From an uncultured Pelagibacteraceae bacterium (GTDB lineage: Bacteria; Pseudomonadota; Alphaproteobacteria; Pelagibacterales; AG-422-B15), in the NCBI GenBank assembly GCA_902577765.1, contig CACHAK010000001.1, forward strand, positions 187,183-251,182: DNA of 64,000 nucleotides, written 5' to 3'. Shown in pieces: positions 34,785 through 44,508 of the stretch; position 1 is the first letter of the stretch; every line of letters starts with the position of its first letter. Position numbers and translations under genes: made by a program. Under the pieces are notes generated by a model. That model did no database searches and was not told the origin of the DNA. It saw nothing but the letters and a program-made list of their open reading frames with translations.

Positions 34785-36161
34785 ATGAATAATATTGTAA
34801 ATGAACCTCCTCAAAATGAGAATATTACATTTAATAATCAATTAATTAATGATGTAATAAATTTTTGCAATAACAAAGAGAAAGATAAACTAACTAATAT
34901 TATTTCTCCTCTTCATCCTGCAGATTTAGCAGATCTCTTTACTTTTCTTAGTAAAGAGCAAAGATCTTACATTCTTAATAATCTTAGTGAAGACCGCTAT
35001 ACAGATGTTCTTGCTGAGCTAGATGACACTATTATTGATGAAACAGTTCAAGAATTAGAGGATACTAAAGTAGTTCGCTCAATTAGTGAGATGGAGACAG
35101 ATGATGCTATTAACCTCATTGAGTCTTTGGAGCCAGCAGCTCAAAAGAAAATTTTAGACCAAGTAAACCCCACAGAGAGAGAAATTTTACAGGAAAGTCT
35201 TAATTACCCTGAAGATACTGCTGGAAGAAGAATGCAAAAAGAATTTGTTTCAATGCCAGGCTTTTGGACAGTAGGGCAGGCCATTGATCATTTAAGAGAA
35301 CAAATTGACTTACCCGATGAATTCTATGAACTTTTTATTGTTGACCCGAGCAATAAACCGTTGGGGAGTGCTTCAGTTTCTAAAGTTCTGAAGTCACGTA
35401 GAGATACAAAATTAAATGAAATTTTAGAAGAAAACCCGAAATTTGTTAAGGCATCAATGGATCAAGAAGAAGTAGCACTTTTCTTTGAGCAATACTCTTT
35501 GGTATCAGCTGGAGTTGTAGATGACCAAAATAGATTAATTGGAAGAATTACGGCAGATGATATTGTGTGGGTTGTTCAAGAAGAAGCAGAAGAAGATATT
35601 TTGAGGTTGGGTGGTGTTTCAGAAAGTGAGATGAACCAATCTATTGGAAGATCAACGAAGCGAAGATTTATATGGTTATTTCTAAATTTATTAACCGCAA
35701 TTCTTGCATCTTATGTAATAAGTCTGTTTGATGCCAGTATAGAGAAAATGGTAGCACTAGCGATTTTAATGCCAATTGTTGCATCAATGGGTGGTAATGC
35801 AGGAACACAAACGTTAACACTAACCGTGAGATCGATCGCAACTAAAGAATTAGTAGATAATAATAGAAGAAAAGTCTTTTTCAAAGAAATTGCGATATCA
35901 GTATTAAATGGAATTTTATTTGCGATTATTACAGGTTTTGCTGCTTGGATTTGGTTTTCTGATATTAGTTTATCTATAATTGTTGGAGCAGCAATGGTAA
36001 TAAATATTTTATCTGCGGGTTTTTTTGGTTTCCTAATTCCATATATTTTTAATAAAGTTAAGATTGATCCTGCTTTGGCATCAAGTGTATTTGTAACAAC
36101 AATAACTGATGTTTTTGGATTTTTATCTTTTCTAGGGCTTGCTTCAATTTATTTATTTTAG
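34785..36161 (+). CDS. mgtE: Magnesium transporter MgtE
   Basis: 458 aa. N-domain LHPADLADL, CBS pair, C-terminal 5-TM domain with PIVASMGGNAGTQ. Confidence 0.92.
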   Translation: MNNIVNEPPQNENITFNNQLINDVINFCNNKEKDKLTNIISPLHPADLADLFTFLSKEQRSYILNNLSEDRYTDVLAELDDTIIDETVQELEDTKVVRSISEMETDDAINLIESLEPAAQKKILDQVNPTEREILQESLNYPEDTAGRRMQKEFVSMPGFWTVGQAIDHLREQIDLPDEFYELFIVDPSNKPLGSASVSKVLKSRRDTKLNEILEENPKFVKASMDQEEVALFFEQYSLVSAGVVDDQNRLIGRITADDIVWVVQEEAEEDILRLGGVSESEMNQSIGRSTKRRFIWLFLNLLTAILASYVISLFDASIEKMVALAILMPIVASMGGNAGTQTLTLTVRSIATKELVDNNRRKVFFKEIAISVLNGILFAIITGFAAWIWFSDISLSIIVGAAMVINILSAGFFGFLIPYIFNKVKIDPALASSVFVTTITDVFGFLSFLGLASIYLF

Positions 36162-36991
36162 ATTTTTATATTGTCAATTAATCGAGTATTTCCTACTTTA
36201 GCAGCAATAAATATTCTTGATTTATCACTTATTTTTTTTCGAACAGAGAGATCATCATTTAATACAGTCAGATAATCAATTTTATCAACACCATGATCTA
36301 ACAGGACTTTTTTTGTATGATTAAGTATTTTATTAATCTTTAACTTGTTCCTAATCAATGGAGGTAATTTTTTAAGTAATTTATTGATTTTAATAGCAAT
36401 TTTAAATTCCTGACCACTTAAATAGTTATTTCTTGATGAAAGAGGAAGTCCATTCCTGTCCCTAACAGTTTTAACACATATTATCCTCGTATTTAATTTT
36501 AATGACTCAGTCATTTTTTTTATTACCAAATATTGTTGATAATCTTTTTCACCAAAAAATGCTGCGTCTGGTTGCACTATATCAAAAAGTTTAAGTACAA
36601 TATTTTTAACACCTGGAAAGTATTTTGGTCTTGATTTACCACATAGTCGTTTTTCAATTGTAAACTGTGGACAATTATATTTTGTTTTATAGGAGAGAAT
36701 TTGTTTTTGTATTGGAGTGAAGACAATATCAGTACCGTATTTTTTTAAAACTTTAAGATCATTTTTGAGAGTCCTTGGGTAATTTTTATAATCTTCTTTT
36801 GGTCCAAATTGTGTAGGGTTAACAAAAATACTAACTACAACAATTGATTTTAGTTTCTTTGACTCCTTAACTAATTTTAAATGTCCTGCATGCAAAGCTC
36901 CCATTGTTGGTGTTAAGTGAATTTTAAAACCATCACTTCTATATCGATCTAGGATCTTATTGAGATATTTTATACTTTTAATTAATTTCAT
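36158..36991 (-). CDS. panC: Pantoate--beta-alanine ligase (pantothenate synthetase)
   Basis: PTMGALHAGHLKLV HIGH-type motif. I prefer ATG 36989-36991 (MKLIKSIKYL). The track start at 37024 is a TTG 11 codons upstream. Both overlap the upstream GDPD gene. Confidence 0.9.
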   Translation of the reverse strand: MKLIKSIKYLNKILDRYRSDGFKIHLTPTMGALHAGHLKLVKESKKLKSIVVVSIFVNPTQFGPKEDYKNYPRTLKNDLKVLKKYGTDIVFTPIQKQILSYKTKYNCPQFTIEKRLCGKSRPKYFPGVKNIVLKLFDIVQPDAAFFGEKDYQQYLVIKKMTESLKLNTRIICVKTVRDRNGLPLSSRNNYLSGQEFKIAIKINKLLKKLPPLIRNKLKINKILNHTKKVLLDHGVDKIDYLTVLNDDLSVRKKISDKSRIFIAAKVGNTRLIDNIKI

Positions 36992-37664
36992 AATATATAT
37001 CTTCAAAGATAATATTATCTGCAAACTGCTTTGACAAATTATACTTTTCCATACTATTTATTGTCCAAGTTAAAAGTGGAATATTCTTCTTTCTTATACT
37101 TTGAATATTTCTGATACTTATTTTTTCTACATCAACCGCTAAAAAATTAATGCCTAGATGAGAAATCTCTTTAAAACCGATATTGTCATTACTGGTTATA
37201 AGGCCTGTTTTATAAAATGGAGCATTGATTTTAAACCATTCACACATTTTATGATCAAATGACTGCAAAGCAATTTCTCCATTGTAAGCTCGAATTATTT
37301 CGATTAATCTTTCTTCAATTTCAGGATTAAAACCAGATTTTATTTCAATCAATATAGGTGTTTGGCCATCTACTAAATGCAGCATTTCGTCAAGTGAAGG
37401 TATTTTACAATCTGTGTCTAAAAGCTTTAGTTTTCTTATTTCGTTTGCACTCAGATCATTAATATAAGAATTTATTCCACACATCCTCTTTAAATCGTAA
37501 TCATGAAATACTATAATTTCTTTATCCTTAGATAAGACAATATCACATTCTATCGCAAGGTTGTGTTTCATTGCATTTTCAAATGCTTCCAAAGAATTTT
37601 CAATGATTAATTTTTTATCATGAAGCCCTCTATGGGCAATCGGACGATCAAGAAAAGGACTCAT
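36978..37664 (-). CDS. Glycerophosphodiester phosphodiesterase family protein (UgpQ-like, cytosolic)
   Basis: IAHRGL, ENSLEAFENA and ECDIVLSKDKEIIVFHD GDPD motifs. 228 aa, no signal peptide. Confidence 0.8.
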   Translation of the reverse strand: MSPFLDRPIAHRGLHDKKLIIENSLEAFENAMKHNLAIECDIVLSKDKEIIVFHDYDLKRMCGINSYINDLSANEIRKLKLLDTDCKIPSLDEMLHLVDGQTPILIEIKSGFNPEIEERLIEIIRAYNGEIALQSFDHKMCEWFKINAPFYKTGLITSNDNIGFKEISHLGINFLAVDVEKISIRNIQSIRKKNIPLLTWTINSMEKYNLSKQFADNIIFEDIYYEIN

Positions 37665-38128
37665 TATTTCAGAATTTCAAATATTGATGCAACTTCAACA
37701 CTAGCATTCTTTGGAAGAGAGTTTGCTCCTACTGCAATTCTTGAATGCTTTCCTTTTTCTCCCATAATATCACAAACAACATCTGATGCACCATTGATGA
37801 CTAGAGGATGGTCAGAAAACGAATGATCAGCATTTACGTAACCAGCAACATGAATACAATTAAAATCAGTAAGTTCACATAAAGGGTTCAATTGGTCTAA
37901 TATTGACAAAGTATTAAGCATGCATATGCGTGATCCATATGACGCCTTCTTAATGTCAGTTTCTGACGGAACTTTGCCAGTTATAATTTTTTCATCTTTT
38001 ATAGGAAGTTGTCCAGATACATAAACTAAGTTGCCTATTTTTTTAAAAGGCAAATAATTACCAAGAGTTACAAGCTTAAATTGCTTATAATCTTTTTCTA
38101 CTTCGAGTATTTTATCCGCTAACTTCAT
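37664..38128 (-). CDS. RidA/YjgF/UK114-family protein
   Basis: LVYVSGQLP core motif and C-terminal HSRIAVGANSLPKNASVEV, which retains an Arg at the RidA-like position. Confidence 0.75.
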   Translation of the reverse strand: MKLADKILEVEKDYKQFKLVTLGNYLPFKKIGNLVYVSGQLPIKDEKIITGKVPSETDIKKASYGSRICMLNTLSILDQLNPLCELTDFNCIHVAGYVNADHSFSDHPLVINGASDVVCDIMGEKGKHSRIAVGANSLPKNASVEVASIFEILK

Positions 38129-38777
38129 TTATGATAAAATTATATATATCTTTCCAACTATATGCACGAAAATCCGCCTCTTTAGGCGAAACTGCAAGTT
38201 TAGATAATCGTTCATCAGATATGTAATGAATAGTTTTAGATCTTGATACTTCTTCTTTTACGGAGGATATGTGGGGAGCTAAATCATCAATAAAAAAAAC
38301 TTTTTCATTAAAGTCTCTAATTAACTCTTTAATTACTATCCCTTTTGGTCCATTTCCGGCAATTATTTGAAGATTAAGACCATTCTTTTGAAAGCAATAC
38401 TTTCTATCATCCAAATATTTGAATGGAATATTAGTCAGCACTAAAATTTGAAAATTAGAGTCCAGAAGTTTATTAATAAAATGTATTGATCCATCAACAA
38501 AAGTTATATCTTTTGACTCTGTTCGAAAAAAATCATCTAAATATTTAAGTATAACTTCATTAGATAGAACTTCATCAGTTCCTTTTTTTTTTATGTTTCC
38601 AAAAAGAGCGTATGAAGTTAGGTCATACCAAAATCCTTTTTTTTCTAAATAAATTTCAAAGCATTTTACGAAATTTAATAAGACCTCATCAGCATCAGTT
38701 ATAAGCAGTGGTTTATTCTTAAAAAGAGTAGCTTTGCTTATTTGCTTTTTAAGGCCATCAGATAGCTTATGTGACAC
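38112..38777 (-). CDS. HAD-superfamily hydrolase-like protein, function unknown
   Basis: HAD motif I LLITDADEVL (DxDxV), motif II ILVLTNIP, motif IV FFIDDLAPH. No closer family recognised. Confidence 0.55.
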   Translation of the reverse strand: MSHKLSDGLKKQISKATLFKNKPLLITDADEVLLNFVKCFEIYLEKKGFWYDLTSYALFGNIKKKGTDEVLSNEVILKYLDDFFRTESKDITFVDGSIHFINKLLDSNFQILVLTNIPFKYLDDRKYCFQKNGLNLQIIAGNGPKGIVIKELIRDFNEKVFFIDDLAPHISSVKEEVSRSKTIHYISDERLSKLAVSPKEADFRAYSWKDIYNFIINEVSG

Positions 38778-38780
38778 TAA

Positions 38781-40271
38781 TTACTTAACTTCTATCAATG
38801 TGAGTTTTGTTTGAGTATATTGGCCAAGAGCTTCCAGAGATTTATCTCTTCCAGAACCTGACTGCTTGTATCCACCGTGAGGTAAAGACATATCTCCATC
38901 ACTCAAACTATTTATTAGAACTTTCCCACTTTTAATTCTTTTTGCAAGCTTATGTACTTTATTTAAATCATTAGACCATATCATTGCATTAAGTCCATAA
39001 TGAGTATCATTTGCTATTTGAAGAGCTTCATCTTCATTTTCAAAATCTATGGCACATAATACTGGTCCAAAAATTTCCTCTTTAGCAACAGTCATTGAAT
39101 TTTGAACATCTTTAAAGACCGTAGGACTGACATAGTAGCCACCTGACTCTTGAAGCACCTGATCACCACCAGTTATAACATTCGCACCTTCAGATTTTCC
39201 TTTGTCTATATAATTCATGATTCTTTCAGTTTGAGTTTTATCGACTATTGAGCCCATTAAAGTATTTGGATCAAACGGGTTACCTGGCATCCAAGGATGA
39301 GAGTAGCTTACGACCTTTTCTAAAAATTCGTCTTTTATTGATTTTTGAAGTAGCAACCTTGAAGGCGCATCACATACCTGACCACTGTTTCCAAACATGC
39401 CATCAGCTGCCATTTTTGCAGCATGGTCTAAATCAGGTGCATCTGCAAATATTATATTTGGAGACTTTCCCCCACACTCCAGCGAAACCCTCTTCATGTT
39501 GGATTCACCTGCGTAAGATAAAAAATATCTTCCAACTTCAGTAGATCCGGTAAATCCAAGTTTATCAACATCCATGTGAGTCCCTAATGCTTTTCCTGCA
39601 GTAGGACCATAACCTGGTACTACATTGAAGACTCCTTCTGGAATACCAGCCTCCATTGCTAGTTCGGCAACTCTTAATGCAGATAAAGGTGATTGCTCTG
39701 CAGGCTTTAAAATAAAACTATTCCCAGTTGCTAAAGCAGGTGCAAATTTCCAACAAGCCATTAACAAAGGAAAATTCCAAGGAGTTACTGCTCCAACTAC
39801 ACCCAGAGGTTCTTTTGTGATGGTGGCAATCAAATTATCACTTGTTGGAGCTACATCATCATAAAGTTTATCAATTGCCTCAGCATACCATTTTGTACAA
39901 TTAATACATGCTGCTATATCACCAGTTGCTCTAGTTATAGGCTTACCCATGTTTAAAGTTTCTAGCAAGCCAAGCTCTAAAATATTTTTTTTCATTAAGT
40001 CAGCGAAATTAAAGAGAATTTTTTTTCTTTTTGAAGGAGCCATTCTAGACCATGACCCTTTTTCAAATACATCGCGCGCAGCTTTGACAGCTATGTTTAT
40101 ATCTTCAACGTCACATTCTGAAACACTAGTTATTATTGATCCATCAACAGGGCTAATGCTCTCAAACGTTTTGCCTGTTACTGAATTTATATAGTTTCCA
40201 TTAATAAAAGCCTGATTTTTAAAATCTAGAGATGATTTTTTTTCCATCACATCATTTAGAGCGAGAGCCAT
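38781..40271 (-). CDS. NAD(P)-dependent aldehyde dehydrogenase, PuuC/PauC-like aminoaldehyde dehydrogenase
   Basis: 496 aa. FTGSTEVG, ECGGKSP (catalytic Glu), GQVCDAPSR (catalytic Cys). From memory, the N-terminal third resembles E. coli PuuC (FINGxY...FE...P...LETL..GKPI). Confidence 0.88.
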   Translation of the reverse strand: MALALNDVMEKKSSLDFKNQAFINGNYINSVTGKTFESISPVDGSIITSVSECDVEDINIAVKAARDVFEKGSWSRMAPSKRKKILFNFADLMKKNILELGLLETLNMGKPITRATGDIAACINCTKWYAEAIDKLYDDVAPTSDNLIATITKEPLGVVGAVTPWNFPLLMACWKFAPALATGNSFILKPAEQSPLSALRVAELAMEAGIPEGVFNVVPGYGPTAGKALGTHMDVDKLGFTGSTEVGRYFLSYAGESNMKRVSLECGGKSPNIIFADAPDLDHAAKMAADGMFGNSGQVCDAPSRLLLQKSIKDEFLEKVVSYSHPWMPGNPFDPNTLMGSIVDKTQTERIMNYIDKGKSEGANVITGGDQVLQESGGYYVSPTVFKDVQNSMTVAKEEIFGPVLCAIDFENEDEALQIANDTHYGLNAMIWSNDLNKVHKLAKRIKSGKVLINSLSDGDMSLPHGGYKQSGSGRDKSLEALGQYTQTKLTLIEVK

Positions 40272-40333
40272 AGTTAACCTTCCAACTTGTTAATATTTTA
40301 ATTTTTGTAAAGATTATAAAGATACAGGTTTTT

Positions 40334-42904
40334 TTATTTTTTAGAAGATTTTTTCTTTTTCTTGCCTGTTTTTTCTAGTTTTTTTTCAATCAAATCAATA
40401 GCTTCTTCCATTAAAATTTCTTCAGGGTCAATATTATCGGGAATTGTGGCATTAATACTTTTATATTTAATATAGGGCCCAAACTTCCCTTTCATCACTT
40501 TGATTGGTTTTTTATCATCAGGATGTTCTCCTAAAGTTTTGATTTCAGAGGAACTTTTAAGTCTACCAGGCTTTGCATTAGCAAGCAGAGAAACTGCTCT
40601 GTTAATACCAATATCAAAAATTTCAGAATTATCTTCAAGGCTAGCATTTTTATCACCGCAATTAATGTAACCACCATAGCGGCCATAATTCACTGTAATA
40701 ATTTCACCTGTTTCAGGATGACCACCTATCTCTCTTGGTAAACTTAATAAATACTGAGCTTTCTCTAAATCAATTGCAGAGGGGGAAATTCCTTTAGGCA
40801 CAGAGGCTCTCTTTGGTTTTTCTTTTTCAACTATGTCACCAAGCTGAACGTATGGGCCAAATCTTCCATTCAATAATTTAATATCCTGTTCTGATTCAGC
40901 ATCTTTTCCAAGAATTGTATCTTCAAATGCTTCTTTAATTTTTTTATGAGAGATAGGTCTAGTAAACTTACAATCGGGATAATTGGAACAGCCTACGAAC
41001 GCTCCAAATCGACTTACTTTAAGACTTAGTTCACCTTCACAGTTTTCAGAAGGGCAACTTCTTGATATTGCCTTTTCTCCATTACTTTCTTCTTTCTGCT
41101 CAAATATATGGGACTTAAGAATTTCATTTAAATTATCCAATATATTAGTAATTCTCAAATCAGTAACATCACCAACATTTGTAGAAAAATTTTTCCAAAA
41201 ATTTTCTAAGAATTCAGTCCATTTTATTTTTCCAGAAGTAATTTCATCAAGTGATTCTTCCATTCCAGCAGTAAATTCATAATCAATGTACTTTGAGAAA
41301 AATCCTTTAAGAAACGCTGTTATCAATATTGCTCTATCAACAGGTACAAACCTATTTTTATCAAGTTCAACATAATTTCTTGTTTTTAGGACAGATATTA
41401 TACTTGCGTAAGTTGAAGGTCTTCCTATGCCTAATTCTTCTAATTTTTTTACTAAACTTGCCTCAGAGTATCTAGGGGGTGGGAGAGTAAAATGCTGTGT
41501 TTCTTTTGGTGAAACTGACTCTATCTTCATTCCTTTCGAAATAGCGGGTAATGTAACTTCATCTTCTTCTTCCTCATTATCATCTTTTTTAATTTGTTCA
41601 TCACTTTTTACTTTAAACTCACTATAAATATTTAAAAACCCATCAAATTTTACCACAGAACCGTTTGCTCTCAGTTTCAATTCATTCTTCTCAGAGCTAA
41701 TATCAATAGCTTTTCTTTCAAATACGGCAGAACTCATTTGACTTGCAAGTGCCCTTTTCCATATTAACGAGTACAATCTTAAGCTATCTGTATCTAAATA
41801 TTTTGAAACCTGATCAGGTGTTAACTCAATATCAGTAGGTCGAATTCCCTCGTGAGCTTCTTGAGCGTTTTTAGCTTTTTTTGATTTGTAAGTTCTTACT
41901 TCATTAGGGCAATAACCGTTCTCAAAATTTTTTTTCAAATAGTTTCTATACGTTTGAATGGCTTCTTTAGATATATCAGTACTATCAGTTCGCATGTAAG
42001 TTATTAAACCAACTGTTTCACCATTAATTTCAATACCTTGAAATAATTTTTGTGCAATTTGCATTGTTCGAGAAGCGCCAAAACCATAAATACTTGACGC
42101 GGTTTGTTGAAGTGTTGAGGTAGAAAAAGGTGGTTCTGGATTTCTCGATGCTGGTTTTTTTGTAATATCTATTATTTCAAATTTATTATCCGAGAATAAA
42201 TTTACAATTTTTTTCGCATGATCTTCTGACTTAAAGCTAAATTTTTCTATTTTTTTTCCTTCTACAGAAAGTAAATTAGCTTCTATATTAAACCCATCCT
42301 CAAATTTTACATTGCCTTTAATTTTCCAATACTCTTCAGGTTCGAAAGATTCAATTGCAAGTTCACGTTCACATATTAATCTTAAGGCAACTGATTGAAC
42401 TCTTCCTGCTGATTTAGCTCCCGGTAACTTTCTCCATAATACCGGTGATAAATTAAAGCCAAATAGATAATCCAGTGCTCTTCGAGCTAAATAGGCGTCT
42501 ACAAGATCAGTGTCAATATCTCTTGGATTGGCAATACCATTTTTTACTGCACTTTTTGTGATCTCGCTAAAGACAACTCTCTTAACAGTTTTATCTTTTA
42601 ATAATTTTTTTTTATTTAATAATTCGACAATATGCCATGCAATTGCTTCACCTTCTCGATCCGGGTCAGTTGCAAGATAAAGAGTTGATGCATCAGCACT
42701 TGCATCATAAATTTCTTTCATGTGTTTTTTTGAAGTTGGAGATACTTCCCATTCAAAAGCAAAATTGTTTTCTGGATCTACCGAGCCATTTTTAGATGGC
42801 AAATCACGAACATGACCAAAGCTTGCAAGTACGTTGAACTCACTTCCTAAGTATTTATTTATTGTTTTAGCCTTAGCCGGGCTTTCTACTATTACTAAAT
42901 TCAT
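40334..42904 (-). CDS. topA: DNA topoisomerase I
   Basis: Toprim start LVIVESPAKAKTINKYLG and catalytic-Tyr block GLITYMRTDS. One intact C4 zinc ribbon (CPSENCEG...CSNYPDCKF) plus zinc-less repeats. Lys-rich tail. Confidence 0.95.
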   Translation of the reverse strand: MNLVIVESPAKAKTINKYLGSEFNVLASFGHVRDLPSKNGSVDPENNFAFEWEVSPTSKKHMKEIYDASADASTLYLATDPDREGEAIAWHIVELLNKKKLLKDKTVKRVVFSEITKSAVKNGIANPRDIDTDLVDAYLARRALDYLFGFNLSPVLWRKLPGAKSAGRVQSVALRLICERELAIESFEPEEYWKIKGNVKFEDGFNIEANLLSVEGKKIEKFSFKSEDHAKKIVNLFSDNKFEIIDITKKPASRNPEPPFSTSTLQQTASSIYGFGASRTMQIAQKLFQGIEINGETVGLITYMRTDSTDISKEAIQTYRNYLKKNFENGYCPNEVRTYKSKKAKNAQEAHEGIRPTDIELTPDQVSKYLDTDSLRLYSLIWKRALASQMSSAVFERKAIDISSEKNELKLRANGSVVKFDGFLNIYSEFKVKSDEQIKKDDNEEEEDEVTLPAISKGMKIESVSPKETQHFTLPPPRYSEASLVKKLEELGIGRPSTYASIISVLKTRNYVELDKNRFVPVDRAILITAFLKGFFSKYIDYEFTAGMEESLDEITSGKIKWTEFLENFWKNFSTNVGDVTDLRITNILDNLNEILKSHIFEQKEESNGEKAISRSCPSENCEGELSLKVSRFGAFVGCSNYPDCKFTRPISHKKIKEAFEDTILGKDAESEQDIKLLNGRFGPYVQLGDIVEKEKPKRASVPKGISPSAIDLEKAQYLLSLPREIGGHPETGEIITVNYGRYGGYINCGDKNASLEDNSEIFDIGINRAVSLLANAKPGRLKSSSEIKTLGEHPDDKKPIKVMKGKFGPYIKYKSINATIPDNIDPEEILMEEAIDLIEKKLEKTGKKKKKSSKK

Positions 42905-42931
42905 ATCCTTATAAACGCGCTCTTTAATATA

Positions 42932-42963
42932 TTTTTGTGAGCTTTGTCAAATTTTCACAAAAA
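42932..42963. repeat. Perfect 9-bp inverted repeat TTTTTGTGA-N14-TCACAAAAA in the plsY-topA intergenic region
   Basis: Arms at 42932-42940 and 42955-42963 are exact reverse complements. A minus-strand TTGACA (plus-strand TGTCAA, 42945-42950) lies in the central 14 nt. Confidence 0.6.
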
Positions 42964-42991
42964 ATATTTTATAATTGGCAGAATATAAGGC

Positions 42992-43573
42992 TTAATACAA
43001 TTTCTTCTCTTCACGCTTTAACAAGCGATTTATATTTTCATGATGAGAAAAGATCATAATTAGATTTATAATTAAACACATAAAAGAAACGTTGAAATCA
43101 AAATAAAATAATGAAATTAACGAAATTAAATTTGCGGAAAGCAAGCTTGCTAGTGAAGAATATCTATAGATAAAAAAAATTATAATCCAACTTACCCCAA
43201 GAGCTAAAAACAAATAAAAGTTAATTGCAAATATAATTCCCATAAAAGAAGCATATCCTTTACCCCCTTTTAAATCATCAAGCCATATAGGAAATATATG
43301 GCCAAATAGAATAAAAGTTCCAGATATAAAAAGTAAATTATCATTGATTGCCAGAGTAAGGGTTATTGGAATTAACGCTTTAAAAAAATCAACAAATAAT
43401 GTAATTACTGCAGCTGAGAAGTTTCCAGTTCTTAATACGTTCGTAGCCCCAATATTTCCTGAGCCAATACTTTTAAGCTCACCTAAATTGAATAATCTTG
43501 ATACCAAAATACCAGTTGGAATTGATCCCAGAAGGTAGGAAAAGTAAATAATTAAAATTATTTCGAAAATCAT
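42992..43573 (-). CDS. plsY: Glycerol-3-phosphate acyltransferase PlsY
   Basis: GSGNIGATNVLRTG motif, polytopic membrane protein. I prefer ATG 43571-43573 (MIFEIILIIYFSYLLGSIP), giving an ATGA overlap with the pyrB stop. The track start at 43594 is a TTG. Confidence 0.88.
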   Translation of the reverse strand: MIFEIILIIYFSYLLGSIPTGILVSRLFNLGELKSIGSGNIGATNVLRTGNFSAAVITLFVDFFKALIPITLTLAINDNLLFISGTFILFGHIFPIWLDDLKGGKGYASFMGIIFAINFYLFLALGVSWIIIFFIYRYSSLASLLSANLISLISLFYFDFNVSFMCLIINLIMIFSHHENINRLLKREEKKLY

Positions 43574-44508
43574 TTCACCATAATTGACAAACAAGCCATA
43601 CGAACAGCTACTCCATTTTCAACCTGTTCAGTTATCACTGATTTATTTACATCATCAGCTAGTTCATTCTCTATTTCTACACCTCGATTTATTGGACCAG
43701 GGTGAAGTACTAGCACGTCAGGCTTTGCTGTTTTTAACTTTTCATAAGTAAGTCCAAAACTTTTAAAATAATCGTCTGCTGATGGAAGATTTAAATCTTT
43801 GATTCTTTCATTTTGGATTCTAAGCATCATTACTATATCAGCATCTTTTATGCCATCTTCTAAATTTGTGAACGTTTCAACATCATATTTATCTAAATCT
43901 TTTGGTTTAAAATAATCAGGGAATACGAATCTGACTTTTGATTTCATTTTATTTAGAAGATAGTAGTTTGACCTTGCTACTCGACTATGTTCAAGATCAC
44001 CACATATTGAAACTGTGATATCATTAAGTTTTCGATTATGGTTCATAATTGTATAAGCATCAAGCAATGCTTGTGTGGGGTGTTCATTAACACCTTCTCC
44101 AGCATTTATAACAGGACATTCTAATATTTTAGCAATTTCTTTTGAGGCATCATTTTCACCATGTCTGATAATTACTAGATCAGGGTTCATTGCCCCTAAA
44201 GTTTGAGCGGTATCAAATAAACTTTCACCTTTTCTTAATGAGGATCCTTCAATATTCATATTAATTACATCAGCTCCTAATCTTTTAGCAGCTATCTCAA
44301 AAGAGATTAGTGTTCTTGTAGAGGGTTCAAAAAAAAGGTTTATAATTGTTCTACCTTTTAAAATTGGTATTTTTTTATCTTTTTCTTTATTGTGTTCTTT
44401 GAAAATTTTACTGAGTTCTAAAATATTATTTATATCCTCAATGCTAAGATCTTTTATGCCATGCAGATGGGTTTGAGAGATTTTAGGGATTTTAATGTTT
44501 TCAAGCAT
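43570..44508 (-). CDS. pyrB: Aspartate carbamoyltransferase catalytic subunit
   Basis: FFEPSTRTLISFE, HPTQALLD, LHPGPINRG motifs. Confidence 0.93.
   Translation of the reverse strand: MLENIKIPKISQTHLHGIKDLSIEDINNILELSKIFKEHNKEKDKKIPILKGRTIINLFFEPSTRTLISFEIAAKRLGADVINMNIEGSSLRKGESLFDTAQTLGAMNPDLVIIRHGENDASKEIAKILECPVINAGEGVNEHPTQALLDAYTIMNHNRKLNDITVSICGDLEHSRVARSNYYLLNKMKSKVRFVFPDYFKPKDLDKYDVETFTNLEDGIKDADIVMMLRIQNERIKDLNLPSADDYFKSFGLTYEKLKTAKPDVLVLHPGPINRGVEIENELADDVNKSVITEQVENGVAVRMACLSIMVK

Noticed and set aside
37620-37826. 68-aa plus-strand ORF spanning the GDPD/RidA junction
   Set aside because: It lies entirely antisense to two well-supported minus-strand genes and has no recognisable features.
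40334-40375. A/T homopolymer runs at the topA 3' end that might suggest slippage or frameshifting
   Set aside because: They simply encode a Lys-rich C-terminal tail (KKKKSSKK) in an intact frame, with no evidence of disruption.
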